DNA of 64,000 nucleotides from an uncultured Bacteroidota bacterium (GTDB lineage: Bacteria > Bacteroidota > Bacteroidia > Flavobacteriales > Flavobacteriaceae). The stretch spans positions 1,973-65,972 of the forward strand of contig CABXGL010000002.1 in the NCBI GenBank assembly GCA_902511755.1, given 5' to 3'. Below the pieces are notes generated by a model. It did no database searches. It was not told where the DNA came from and saw only the letters and a list, made by a program, of their open reading frames with translations. Shown piece by piece: positions 38,074 to 47,905 of this stretch (its first letter is position 1; every line of letters starts with the position of its first letter). The position numbers and the translations under genes were made by a program.

Positions 38074-40572
38074 TTAGAACTTATGCTCTAAAACAATATT
38101 TAAATTTCTTCCAGGAGATGATATTCCAGAAGCAAACTCTCTATAATGGATGTCAAATATATTATCAAAGATTAAAGTAGCTTTTAAATTATTTGAAATT
38201 TCATAAGAAGAAGAGAGCTTAAAAATTCCCCAAGAGGGCATGCCATAATAATTAGGTTCTTTGCTATTATAACCTAATAAAGGAGTTTCTTCAAGCCCAT
38301 CCTCTCCACCATAACTATAATCCTCAGGATTTTTATATCCTGAAAACTTGTAAGATAATTGGGTTCTAAATTTGGAGCCAACCCATTTTAAATAAAAAGA
38401 ACCAAATAAAGGAGATATTGAGGGCAAAGGATTAGAACTGTTAACACTACCCCCTTTAGTAAATGTAATGTTGCTTTTGAAAACTAAATTGTTAAGGATT
38501 GTGGCTTCTGAATCAAAGGAAAAACCATATATGTATGCTCTTCCAGAATTAATATTTGCAATGGTTTTTACTTCCTCAGAATTATATAAAATTGTTGCAG
38601 GATTTTGCGTTGTTGTATCGTTCAGAATTTCAAAATAATCTCTAATAATATGATCAGTAAGATGAGTATAATAGAGATTAACTAAAAAAACAGTTTTTTT
38701 AGTATTAAAAAATTTTGCAAAACCTAATTCAGAGTTGTAAGCATATTCTGGTTTTAATTGCTGATTTGGAACTGAAAGAAGCCCTCTGTTTTCTCTGATT
38801 TTACCCATATCATCAATGTTTGGAGATCTGAAACCACTGGAAAAGTTAGCACTTATTTGCCAATCATTATTTGATCTATAAACATATCCAAGACTCCCTG
38901 TTAATGAGGAATTTTGTGTTTTGATTCTATTTAAATTAGCATCAATTAAAGCTTCTTCTAACCAGCGAGCATTTAGCCATGTATATGTATATCTCATGCC
39001 AAAATTAAAATTTGCCTTGTTTGAAAGGTCTTTTCTAAATTCATAATAGGATGCTGCCGTACTATAATTGCTTCCATCACTTGGATATCTAGTTGGAATT
39101 TTAAACGTTGAATTAGCTTTATTAATATTAGAAATAGAGTTGTTTTGTTTTGTTAGAGAGGTTCCGTATGCAGTTGAATGGACATTATTGTAAGTATATT
39201 CAAAACCATAAGAAAAAGAAGAAGGACCGCCTTCTCCTCTAACAAAATCAGCATTTATAGAAAAAACTTCTACATCTTCTATTTGTGAGTTCAAGTCAAG
39301 AGATTGATATTTCCTACTATGTCTAGATTCATTAATTTTTTGAAAGGCAGCAACTATAGTCCCTTTATTTAACCAGTTATTATTTTTTAAAAAATTATAA
39401 GAAGTTGACAAAAGTGTTCTTTTCTGAGGGCCATAGTACCATTGAGAATATTTGAGATCTTCAGAGGAATTATATTCATTTAGTTTGTCATAACGATCTA
39501 TATTTGATGAATTAGAATGCTGTAGGTTAAAAATTAGATTGGAACTTTCAGACACTCTAAAATTAAATTTTTGCAATAAATCAAATTGAGAGTAAGCCGT
39601 ATTTTTTTGAATGTTAGGGGTGTTATTTAAAACGGTCGTAGTATTAAATTTTTCTTTACTAAGAGTGAATTTATTTAACCCCCAATCTTTAAAACCATGA
39701 GCTCTGTTTTTCCCCATAACAATATCCCCAAAATCAGAATAAGAGAAACTTGTAAAACTTGCCCATTTTTCCTTACTATATTCAAAATTTAGATTACTGA
39801 TAAGATGATTTAGAGCAGTATTATAAGACTCCAATCCTTTAATAGTCCATTTCTTTTCATTATTAATTTTAGGTTTTATTGTATAAAAATGAACTACCCC
39901 GCCAAGAGCATCGGACCCGTATCCTACAGAGGATGGACCAAAAATAACTTCAGTTCTTTCAAGAATATTGGGGTCTATTGTAATAGCATTTTGAAGATGG
40001 CCAGACCTATATACGGCATTATTCATTCTAACACCATCAACTACAAGCAAAACTCTATTAGCTTCAAATCCTCTAATAACCGGACTGCCTCCTCCCCCCT
40101 GAGTTTTTTGAATTCTAACTCCTCCGCCATAGTATAATAAATCTGCTGAGGTTTGAGGGAGATCCATCTCAGTCTTTTTTGGTGTTATTAGAGCTACCTT
40201 TTTCGAAATTTTTGTTCTAGCCTCTTTATTTCTACCAACAGATAAAATAATTTCTGATAATTTTTGAGCATTAGGATTTAGATAAATGATTGTTTTCGAT
40301 GATGATTTTGGGATTTTATCTATTTGAATTTTAAATTTTTCATATGCAATATGACTAAAAATGATGGTGTCAGATTTTTGAAAATCAGAATAATCTACAT
40401 TACCCTCACTGTCTGATAAAACCGTATGAGATTTTTGACTATTATAGACAGAGACGTCAGGAATAATAGATTTTTCTTTGGAGTCTTTAATAATCAGTTT
40501 TTGTGAAAAACTGTTTAAAGAAAAAAAGAGAAAAACAAATAATAAAATTTTATTTTCTTTTAAAAAGGTCAT
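38074..40572 (-). CDS. TonB-dependent outer-membrane receptor
   Basis: 832 aa with a signal peptide and a CarboxypepD_reg-like N-terminus. The plug region is GGGGSPVIRGFEANRVLLVVDGVRMNN and the C-terminus ends ...VLEHKF. Confidence 0.9.
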   Translation of the reverse strand: MTFLKENKILLFVFLFFSLNSFSQKLIIKDSKEKSIIPDVSVYNSQKSHTVLSDSEGNVDYSDFQKSDTIIFSHIAYEKFKIQIDKIPKSSSKTIIYLNPNAQKLSEIILSVGRNKEARTKISKKVALITPKKTEMDLPQTSADLLYYGGGVRIQKTQGGGGSPVIRGFEANRVLLVVDGVRMNNAVYRSGHLQNAITIDPNILERTEVIFGPSSVGYGSDALGGVVHFYTIKPKINNEKKWTIKGLESYNTALNHLISNLNFEYSKEKWASFTSFSYSDFGDIVMGKNRAHGFKDWGLNKFTLSKEKFNTTTVLNNTPNIQKNTAYSQFDLLQKFNFRVSESSNLIFNLQHSNSSNIDRYDKLNEYNSSEDLKYSQWYYGPQKRTLLSTSYNFLKNNNWLNKGTIVAAFQKINESRHSRKYQSLDLNSQIEDVEVFSINADFVRGEGGPSSFSYGFEYTYNNVHSTAYGTSLTKQNNSISNINKANSTFKIPTRYPSDGSNYSTAASYYEFRKDLSNKANFNFGMRYTYTWLNARWLEEALIDANLNRIKTQNSSLTGSLGYVYRSNNDWQISANFSSGFRSPNIDDMGKIRENRGLLSVPNQQLKPEYAYNSELGFAKFFNTKKTVFLVNLYYTHLTDHIIRDYFEILNDTTTQNPATILYNSEEVKTIANINSGRAYIYGFSFDSEATILNNLVFKSNITFTKGGSVNSSNPLPSISPLFGSFYLKWVGSKFRTQLSYKFSGYKNPEDYSYGGEDGLEETPLLGYNSKEPNYYGMPSWGIFKLSSSYEISNNLKATLIFDNIFDIHYREFASGISSPGRNLNIVLEHKF

Positions 40573-41275
40573 ACATAATATTAAGCGAATTAGGCCTTCT
40601 AAAATCTTCTAAATGTATTTGCATATATTTTATTAAAAACTCTAATAATTCTTTTCTTTCCATAGAAGAACTAATTGTATGATCATTTCTATCAAAATTT
40701 GTGCCTAAAAACTCTTTAAAGTAAGCTATTGCTTTGCCAGCCCTGGAATTATCCTTATTAATAGAGTTAGTAAATGTCCCATTTAACATATCAAATCCTT
40801 TTAAATTTATCTTGCTTTTATCGGGAGAAATTCCTAAAAACTTTAAAAATTTTATTATAAAATGGATATGAAAATTAATATAGCTTGATGAAGAGTCAAA
40901 CCACATCATTGAATTTTTTATAAAAAAATAAAGATCTTCATTTTTTTCCTCTTCTTTAATACTCTTAGATAATATCTCAGATAAAAATAAGGCGATAGAG
41001 TTCTTATAAATATCAAAAGGAATTGTTTGATAAGGATGTAAAATCTTAGCAGATCGAAGATTTTCTATATTTCCATTATTTTTATGATTAGCATCTATTT
41101 CTAGAATAGTCAGAGGCTGGAATAGCCCCACATTTAAAGAGCTTTTCCTTCTTGATCTTATCCCTTTTATCAAGTAAGATTTAATCCCCTCTCTAAGGGT
41201 AAAACATTTTACTATAAGACTACTTTCAGAATATTTTATGGAACTTAAAGCTATGGCTTCAGTTGATATTAACAT
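40550..41275 (-). CDS. recO: DNA repair protein RecO
   Basis: 241 aa. The N-terminal OB-fold pattern is TEAIALSSIKYSESSLIVKCFT. Length and context fit. It overlaps the downstream receptor gene by 23 nt. Confidence 0.8.
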   Translation of the reverse strand: MLISTEAIALSSIKYSESSLIVKCFTLREGIKSYLIKGIRSRRKSSLNVGLFQPLTILEIDANHKNNGNIENLRSAKILHPYQTIPFDIYKNSIALFLSEILSKSIKEEEKNEDLYFFIKNSMMWFDSSSSYINFHIHFIIKFLKFLGISPDKSKINLKGFDMLNGTFTNSINKDNSRAGKAIAYFKEFLGTNFDRNDHTISSSMERKELLEFLIKYMQIHLEDFRRPNSLNIMYDLFKRK

Positions 41276-41300
41276 TTTGGAAATTTAACTTTAAGTAAAA

Positions 41301-42641
41301 TTAAACAACTCCTTGAGCAAGCATTGCATCAGCAACTTTTATAAATCCAGCAATATTAGCGCCTTTCTCATAATTCACATATCCTTTTTCTAACCCATGA
41401 GTTATACATGAGTTATGAATATCTAACATAATGTCTTTTAATTTATTATCAACTTCCTCCCTTGTCCAGCTATATCGTAATGAATTTTGAGCCATTTCTA
41501 GACCTGAGACTGCTACTCCTCCAGCATTAGATGCTTTTCCAGGGGCGAATAATATTTTATGTTTTCTAAAAACAGAAATGGCCTCAGGAGTACAGGGCAT
41601 ATTAGCTCCTTCACTAACGCAGATACAGCCATTCTTAACTAATGTTTTAGCATCATTAACAGCAAGTTCATTTTGAGTAGCACAAGGCAGAGCAATATCA
41701 CAAGGGATCTGCCAAGGTGTTTTATTTTTATAGAATTTTGCTTTAGGAAATTTTTTAACATATTCAGAAATCCTTCCTCTTTTGTTATTTTTTAGATCCA
41801 TTACATAGTTTAATTTTTCAGTATTTATTCCATCAGAATCATGAATAAAACCAGAAGAATCGGAGAGTGTAACAACTTTTGCGGAAAGTTGATTACATTT
41901 TTCAGCTGCAAATTGCGCAACATTTCCAGAGCCTGAAATAACAACTGTTTTACCTTTTGCTGAATTTTTTACATGATTTAACATGTTTTCAGCAAAATAT
42001 ACAGTCCCATAACCGGTAGCTTCTGGACGGATTAATGAGCCTCCCCATGACAATCCTTTTCCTGTTAAAACTCCAGAAAATTCTTTTTTTAATTTTTTAT
42101 ATTGACCAAACATATACCCAATTTCTCTTCCTCCAACCCCTATGTCTCCAGCGGGAACATCAGTATTAGGGCCAATATATCTAAAAAGCTCTGTCATAAA
42201 ACTTTGACAAAATCTCATTACTTCACCATCACTTTTACCTTTTGGATCAAAATCAGAACCGCCTTTCCCCCCACCCATAGGAAGAGTGGTTAAACTGTTT
42301 TTAAAAACTTGTTCAAAAGCCAAAAATTTTAAAATACTTAGATTCACCGATGGATGAAACCTTAACCCACCTTTATATGGGCCAATAGCTGAATTCATTT
42401 GAACACGATAACCTCTATTTACTTGGATTTCTCCTTTATCATCTACCCAATTAACTCTAAACATAAGGACCCTTTCAGGCTCAACCATCCTCATTAAAAT
42501 ATTTTTACCATGGTATATTTTTTGAGAGACAATATAAGGGATTACAGTTTCAGAAACCTCTCTAACAGCTTGCATAAACTCAGGCTCATGAGAATTTCTT
42601 TGTTCTATTTCTGAAATGAAATTTTCAATATCTTTTTTCAT
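41301..42641 (-). CDS. gdhA: NADP-specific glutamate dehydrogenase
   Basis: 446 aa with the GDH signature GGLRFHPSVNLSILKFLAFEQVFKNSLTTLPMGGGKGGSDFDPKGKS. Confidence 0.97.
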   Translation of the reverse strand: MKKDIENFISEIEQRNSHEPEFMQAVREVSETVIPYIVSQKIYHGKNILMRMVEPERVLMFRVNWVDDKGEIQVNRGYRVQMNSAIGPYKGGLRFHPSVNLSILKFLAFEQVFKNSLTTLPMGGGKGGSDFDPKGKSDGEVMRFCQSFMTELFRYIGPNTDVPAGDIGVGGREIGYMFGQYKKLKKEFSGVLTGKGLSWGGSLIRPEATGYGTVYFAENMLNHVKNSAKGKTVVISGSGNVAQFAAEKCNQLSAKVVTLSDSSGFIHDSDGINTEKLNYVMDLKNNKRGRISEYVKKFPKAKFYKNKTPWQIPCDIALPCATQNELAVNDAKTLVKNGCICVSEGANMPCTPEAISVFRKHKILFAPGKASNAGGVAVSGLEMAQNSLRYSWTREEVDNKLKDIMLDIHNSCITHGLEKGYVNYEKGANIAGFIKVADAMLAQGVV

Positions 42642-42713
42642 AGAATTTTTTTTAGAAAAAAAGCATTTAGTCTATGTCTCAAAGTTAAACAATTAACTTG
42701 AAATAATTTTAAT

Positions 42714-43868
42714 TCATCTAATTGCCTGATTAAGATCTGAGATTAGATCTTCGACATCTTCAATGCCTACGCTTAACCTGATAAGAGAGTCGACAAGCCC
42801 TGAAAGTTCTCTTTCTTTTTTTGGAATGGATGCGTGTGTCATTGATGCCGGGTGACAAGAAAGACTTTCTACCCCGCCTAAAGACTCTGCTAAAGTAAAT
42901 AGATTTAAATTTTCTATTATTTTGATAGCCTTTTTATAACTATTCCCATTAGTTGTAAAAGAAATCATAGCTCCGAAATCAGACATTTGATTTTTGGCTA
43001 TTTGATGATTAGGATGCGTTTTAAGCCCAGGCCAAAACACCTTATCTATTTTAGAATGATTAGTTAAAAAAATTGCAATTTTTTTTGCATTTTCACAATG
43101 TCTTTTCATTCGAACATGTAGAGTTTTTATCCCTCTTAAGGTCAAAAAGCTGTCCATTGGACCACAGATTGCTCCACTTGCATTTTGAATAAAATGAAGC
43201 TTTTCAGCTAATTGGCTATCCTTCACTACTAGAGCTCCTAGAACTACATCACTATGTCCAGCCAAGTATTTTGTTGCTGAATGCATTACAATATCTGCTC
43301 CTAAATCTAGAGGCTGTTGTAAAAAAGGGGTGGCGAAAGTATTATCAACTGCTAAAAGAAGTTTATTGTCCTTAGCTATTTTGCTTAAGGCTTTAATATC
43401 AATAATATTCATCATAGGATTTGTAGGTGTTTCAACCCAAATCATTTTAGTTTTAGAGTTAATAAGCTTTTTTAATGAAGCTAGATCAGTCATTTCAGTA
43501 AAATGAAACTTAATCCCAAAATTTTCAAAAACTTTTGTAAATAACCTATATGATCCTCCATAAAGATTATTAGTAGAGATAACTTCGTCTCCAGTTTTAA
43601 AAAGCTTTAAAACTGCATCTATGGCTGCTAGCCCTGATCCAAAAGCTAAACCATGCTTTCCATTTTCAATACTAGCTAGGGAGTTTTCAAGTGCTTTTCT
43701 AGTAGGATTACTTGTTCTACTATATTCAAACCCTTCGTGAACACCTGGGCTGGATTGAGAATATGTAGATGTTTGATAAATAGGAGTCATTACTGCCCCG
43801 TATCCTTTCTCAGGAATTTGGCCTCCATGAATAGTCTTTGTATTAAATTTTATTTTATGTTTTCCCAT
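42714..43868 (-). CDS. PLP-dependent trans-sulfuration enzyme (cystathionine gamma-synthase/lyase family)
   Basis: 384 aa. The PLP-lysine motif is HSATKYLAGHSD, and VDNTFATP is also present. The exact reaction cannot be assigned from sequence alone. Confidence 0.88.
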   Translation of the reverse strand: MGKHKIKFNTKTIHGGQIPEKGYGAVMTPIYQTSTYSQSSPGVHEGFEYSRTSNPTRKALENSLASIENGKHGLAFGSGLAAIDAVLKLFKTGDEVISTNNLYGGSYRLFTKVFENFGIKFHFTEMTDLASLKKLINSKTKMIWVETPTNPMMNIIDIKALSKIAKDNKLLLAVDNTFATPFLQQPLDLGADIVMHSATKYLAGHSDVVLGALVVKDSQLAEKLHFIQNASGAICGPMDSFLTLRGIKTLHVRMKRHCENAKKIAIFLTNHSKIDKVFWPGLKTHPNHQIAKNQMSDFGAMISFTTNGNSYKKAIKIIENLNLFTLAESLGGVESLSCHPASMTHASIPKKERELSGLVDSLIRLSVGIEDVEDLISDLNQAIR

Positions 43869-43965
43869 TTAAATCAATATTATTAATCAAATATAAATTA
43901 TCTAAAAAGAATCTGAAGTATTTAAGTATATTTAAAAATAGAAATTCTTATTAAAATCTAGAATC

Positions 43966-44715
43966 ATGATTATGTTTATTAAAAAAACAACTATTTTATT
44001 TTTTTTCTTATTTCTTATCCCTTTAATAATCTTTTCTCAAAAATCAAAGGATACGGAAATATGGGAGCCAAAACCCAATGAAGTCTATTCATCATCAGAT
44101 TCATTGCCTCCAGATGATGCTATTATTTTGTTTGATGGATTGAATCTCTCCAAGTGGAAAGCTAAGTGGTCAGACAAGGATAGTGGCTGGCAAATAAATG
44201 ATGATGACTCTGTTACTGTTATTTTTGATGGTTCGGGGGGAATTGAAACTAAAGAAAATTTTGGATCAGTTCAATTACATATAGAATGGAAAACAAGTGA
44301 AGACACATCCCATAAAAATCAAAGCAGATCAAATAGCGGTGTGTTTTTGCAAAACAGATATGAAATTCAGATTCTAGACAGCTATAAATCTCCAACATAC
44401 GTAAATGGACAAGCAGGGTCAGTATATAAGCAATACATACCATTGGTTAATGCCTCTAGAAAACCTGGTGAATGGCAATCTTATGATATTATATTTGATG
44501 CCCCAAAGTTTGATTCAGATCAGAACAAAATTCAATCGGGCTACTTTACAGTTTTTCATAATGGGATACTCATTCATAATCATGTTGAAATTTTAGGTAC
44601 AACTGAAAATGTTGGACCACCAAAAAACATTGCACATGGTGATGGCCCAATTTCTCTTCAAAATCACTGCTGTTCGCAAGTTTCTTTTAGAAATATTTGG
44701 GTTCGTAAATTGTAA
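43966..44715 (+). CDS. DUF1080 / 3-keto-disaccharide hydrolase family secreted protein
   Basis: 249 aa with a signal peptide. Motifs are GGIETKENFGSVQLHIEWK, NSGVFLQNRYEIQILDS, and ISLQNH...VSFRNIWVRKL at the C-terminus. Confidence 0.8.
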   Translation: MIMFIKKTTILFFFLFLIPLIIFSQKSKDTEIWEPKPNEVYSSSDSLPPDDAIILFDGLNLSKWKAKWSDKDSGWQINDDDSVTVIFDGSGGIETKENFGSVQLHIEWKTSEDTSHKNQSRSNSGVFLQNRYEIQILDSYKSPTYVNGQAGSVYKQYIPLVNASRKPGEWQSYDIIFDAPKFDSDQNKIQSGYFTVFHNGILIHNHVEILGTTENVGPPKNIAHGDGPISLQNHCCSQVSFRNIWVRKL

Positions 44716-44749
44716 TCTGGATTTAAATAATTCTTTCTTAAATTTGTAC

Positions 44750-45610
44750 ATGCTTCACTCAATGACTGGCTTTGGAAATGCATCATTCGATTCAGAGTTT
44801 GGAAAAATCTCTTTAGATATAAAATCTTTAAATAGTAAAACGTTAGACCTTAATTATAACTTAAATCCAATATTTAGAAATATTGAGAATGATATTAGAG
44901 GAATTTTAGTTAATTTTTTAAAAAGAGGAAAAGTAGATCTTAAAATTAACTTTAAAATTTCAGAGGTCCCCTTTAAATCTCAATTAAACCATAAGGTTAT
45001 ACGCGCTTATATAAAAGACTTAAAAAAGATAACACCAGCAAATGATTTAGAGCTATTAAAAATTGCTATTAAATTGCCGGATTCTGTTTCTAATAATAAT
45101 ATTGTTTTAAACAAGAAATTATATAATAAACTTGTTTCATTAGTTAAAATTGCTGTAAAGGAGCTAGTAGATTTTAGAATTAAGGAAGGAAATTCTTTGA
45201 AGAGAGACCTTTTAACTAATATAGAATCAATACAAGAAAAGCTTATGAAAATTGAAAAATTAGCCCCAAAAAGGATTCAGTTAGTAAAAGAAAAGATTAA
45301 AAAGAAATTATCAGACTTAGAAAGAGAAATAGATCTTAATAGATTTGAACAGGAATTAATTTATTATTTAGAAAAGATTGATATAAATGAAGAGCTGGTT
45401 AGATTAAAAAATCATTTAATTTTTTTCAAAAAAACAGTTAATGAGAAACAAATAGAAAAAGGAAAAAAGCTGAGTTTTATCAGCCAGGAAATAGGGAGAG
45501 AGATTAATACAATTGGATCAAAATCGAACTATTTATTAATGCAAAAAATTGTAGTTGAAATGAAAAATGAATTGGAAAAAATAAAAGAACAGCTTTTAAA
45601 CGTTTTATAA
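44750..45610 (+). CDS. YicC-family stress-induced protein
   Basis: The ORF track starts this frame at 44609, inside the upstream gene. I place the start at the ATG at 44750 (MLHSMTGFG), which matches the canonical YicC N-terminus. The C-terminus has ISQEIGREINTIGSKS. Confidence 0.88.
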   Translation: MLHSMTGFGNASFDSEFGKISLDIKSLNSKTLDLNYNLNPIFRNIENDIRGILVNFLKRGKVDLKINFKISEVPFKSQLNHKVIRAYIKDLKKITPANDLELLKIAIKLPDSVSNNNIVLNKKLYNKLVSLVKIAVKELVDFRIKEGNSLKRDLLTNIESIQEKLMKIEKLAPKRIQLVKEKIKKKLSDLEREIDLNRFEQELIYYLEKIDINEELVRLKNHLIFFKKTVNEKQIEKGKKLSFISQEIGREINTIGSKSNYLLMQKIVVEMKNELEKIKEQLLNVL

Positions 45611-46179
45611 TGTCTAAGGGAAAATGTATTATTCTTTGTGCTCCGTCTGGAAGTGGTAAAACAACATTGGTTAGGCACTTGCTAGATCAACGTGATCTGA
45701 ATTTAACTTTTTCAATTTCAGCAACGACTAGGAAAACAAGAAAGGATGAACAAAATGGAAAGGATTACCATTTCTTTAATATTGTAGAATTTATGGAAAA
45801 AATTGATAATGAACATTTTTTAGAATATGAAGAAGTGTATAGTGGAGTTTTTTATGGGACACTTAAAGATTCTGTAGAAGCGTTATTAGAAGACCATAAT
45901 GTAATTTTTGATATAGATGTTGAGGGCGGAATTAAATTGAAAAGAATATACAAAGAGGATGCTCTTGCTGTTTTTGTAAAACCACCAAGCATTCAAGAAT
46001 TAAGCAATAGACTTTATTCTAGAAATAAGGACTCAAAGGAATCTATAGATATACGATTAGCAAAGGCTAAAATAGAATTATTAAAAGAAAAAGATTTTGA
46101 TGAAATTATAATTAATGATAATTTAAAATCTGCAGAAGAACTTGTATATAATCTAGTTAGAGAATTTTTATATAATTAA
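45610..46179 (+). CDS. gmk: Guanylate kinase
   Basis: 189 aa with P-loop APSGSGKTTL and SATTRKTRKDEQNGKDYHF. Confidence 0.95.
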   Translation: MSKGKCIILCAPSGSGKTTLVRHLLDQRDLNLTFSISATTRKTRKDEQNGKDYHFFNIVEFMEKIDNEHFLEYEEVYSGVFYGTLKDSVEALLEDHNVIFDIDVEGGIKLKRIYKEDALAVFVKPPSIQELSNRLYSRNKDSKESIDIRLAKAKIELLKEKDFDEIIINDNLKSAEELVYNLVREFLYN

Positions 46180-46745
46180 TGAAAAAGAAAGGCTTATTTT
46201 TTGGAACATTTGATCCATTACATATCGGACATGTTTCAATAGCGAGATATTTTATAAAAAAATTAAATTTAGATGAATTATGGCTAGTTGTTACCCCTTT
46301 AAACCCCTTTAAAAAAACACAAAATATTTCAAATGAATTAAAAAGGCTAGAAATGGTAAAAAGCTTTTGCTTTAATCAAAAAAAAATAATTTGTTCTAGC
46401 ATAGAGTTTAAACTATCTAAACCAAATTATACAGCTGATACTCTTAGTTTTATTGTAAAGGAGAATCCAAAAGCAAAGTTTTTTGTGATTTTGGGAGAGG
46501 ATAATTTGAATACTTTACATTTATGGAAGGATTGCGAAAAAATTTTAGAACATCCAATTTGTGTATACCCAAGAAAAAATTTAAAAAAAGGATCGAATAA
46601 CTTAATAAACCATAAAATGGTTAGAGTATATGATGCTCCGCTGATGGAAATCTCATCTACATTAATAAGAGATTTAATAAGAAAAAATAAGTCCATTAAA
46701 GATTTAGTTCCTGAAGAGATATTTGCTAAAATGGATATAACGTAA
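46179..46745 (+). CDS. nadD: Nicotinate-nucleotide adenylyltransferase
   Basis: 188 aa with GLFFGTFDPLHIGH and ISSTLIR. Confidence 0.93.
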   Translation: MKKKGLFFGTFDPLHIGHVSIARYFIKKLNLDELWLVVTPLNPFKKTQNISNELKRLEMVKSFCFNQKKIICSSIEFKLSKPNYTADTLSFIVKENPKAKFFVILGEDNLNTLHLWKDCEKILEHPICVYPRKNLKKGSNNLINHKMVRVYDAPLMEISSTLIRDLIRKNKSIKDLVPEEIFAKMDIT

Positions 46746-46778
46746 TTTTTCAGCTTTTTATCTTCTTAAATTTTTAAC

Positions 46779-46818
46779 CAATTGTTAACAATTTGAATGA
46801 TTTTTTTTATTCAAATTG
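46779..46818. promoter_or_regulatory. Nested perfect palindromes (candidate operator or 5' leader structure) upstream of the moxR/bat operon
   Basis: AATTGTTAACAATT (46780-46793) is a perfect 14-bp palindrome. CAATTTGAAT (46789-46798) and ATTCAAATTG (46809-46818) form a perfect 10-bp inverted repeat with the 10-nt spacer gatttttttt. Confidence 0.55.
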
Positions 46819-46851
46819 CACCCCCTTAGTTTAATGAGTAATTTTAATATT

Positions 46852-47853
46852 ATGGAAAACAATAATAAAGTGGATATTAAAGCAATTAATGAAAAAATTA
46901 AAAAAGAAAGTTCTTTTATTGACTTACTGATTTTAGAGATTAATAAAGTTATAATAGGGCAACAACATATGATAGAAAGACTACTAATAGGTCTTTTGGG
47001 TCAAGGACATATTTTATTAGAGGGAGTTCCTGGATTAGCAAAAACTCTTGCAATCAATTCATTAAGCAAAGCGGTAAAAGGCAGTTTTAGCAGAATACAA
47101 TTTACACCTGACCTTCTTCCTGCAGATGTTGTTGGAACAATGATTTACAATATGAAAGAAAATGATTTTTCCATAAAAAAAGGCCCTGTTTTTGCAAACT
47201 TTATTTTAGCAGATGAGATTAATAGAGCTCCAGCAAAAGTACAGTCAGCGTTACTTGAAGCAATGCAAGAAAAACAGGTTACAATTGGAGATAAAACATT
47301 TAAATTAGATCCTCCTTTTTTGGTTATGGCTACACAAAACCCTGTTGAGCAAGAAGGAACTTATCCTCTTCCAGAAGCTCAAGTAGATAGATTTATGTTA
47401 AAAACGGTTATTGATTATCCAAATATTAAGGATGAACAACAAATTGTAAGAACAAATATTAACAATAGTTTTGGTGATATAAAACCAGTTGTAACAATTA
47501 AACAAATTATTAAAGCTCAGGATTCTGTTAGGGCAGTATATATGGACGAAAAAATTGAAAAATATATTCTTGATTTAATTTTTGCTACAAGATATCCTGA
47601 AAAATATGGATTAGATGACCTAAAATCATTTATAAACTTTGGCGCTTCTCCAAGAGGAAGTATAAATTTAGCAAACGCATCTAGATGTTATGCGTTTATA
47701 AAAAGAAGGGGTTATGTAATTCCTGAGGATGTTAGGGCTGTTATACATGATGTTTTAAGACATAGAATAGGATTAACTTATGAAGCTGAAGCAGAAAACA
47801 TAACAGCTGAGGATATTATCAATAAAATAGTTAATAAGGTTGAAGTCCCATAA
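46852..47853 (+). CDS. MoxR-family AAA+ ATPase
   Basis: Walker A is GVPGLAKT, Walker B region is ILADEINRAPAKVQSALLEAMQE, and ATQNPVEQEGTYPLPEAQVDRF is present. The start is uncertain. The ORF track uses TTG 46816, and in-frame ATGs occur at 46834 and 46852. Confidence 0.93.
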   Translation: MENNNKVDIKAINEKIKKESSFIDLLILEINKVIIGQQHMIERLLIGLLGQGHILLEGVPGLAKTLAINSLSKAVKGSFSRIQFTPDLLPADVVGTMIYNMKENDFSIKKGPVFANFILADEINRAPAKVQSALLEAMQEKQVTIGDKTFKLDPPFLVMATQNPVEQEGTYPLPEAQVDRFMLKTVIDYPNIKDEQQIVRTNINNSFGDIKPVVTIKQIIKAQDSVRAVYMDEKIEKYILDLIFATRYPEKYGLDDLKSFINFGASPRGSINLANASRCYAFIKRRGYVIPEDVRAVIHDVLRHRIGLTYEAEAENITAEDIINKIVNKVEVP

Positions 47854-47905
47854 TCACTGATAGATATCCTTAATTTTCATCGTAATAATAATTTAAATTT
47901 TATTA

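Noticed and set aside
44609-44749. The N-terminal 47-codon extension of the YicC ORF as given in the ORF track
   Set aside because: The extension overlaps the 3' end of the DUF1080 gene by 107 nt and encodes non-conserved sequence. The canonical YicC N-terminus MLHSMTGFG starts at the ATG at 44750.
46816-46851. The TTG at 46816 as the moxR start codon (ORF track)
   Set aside because: The TTG lies inside the right arm of the 10-bp inverted repeat. The extra residues MHPLSLMSNFNI are not MoxR-like. In-frame ATGs at 46834 and 46852 are more plausible, although the true start is unresolved.
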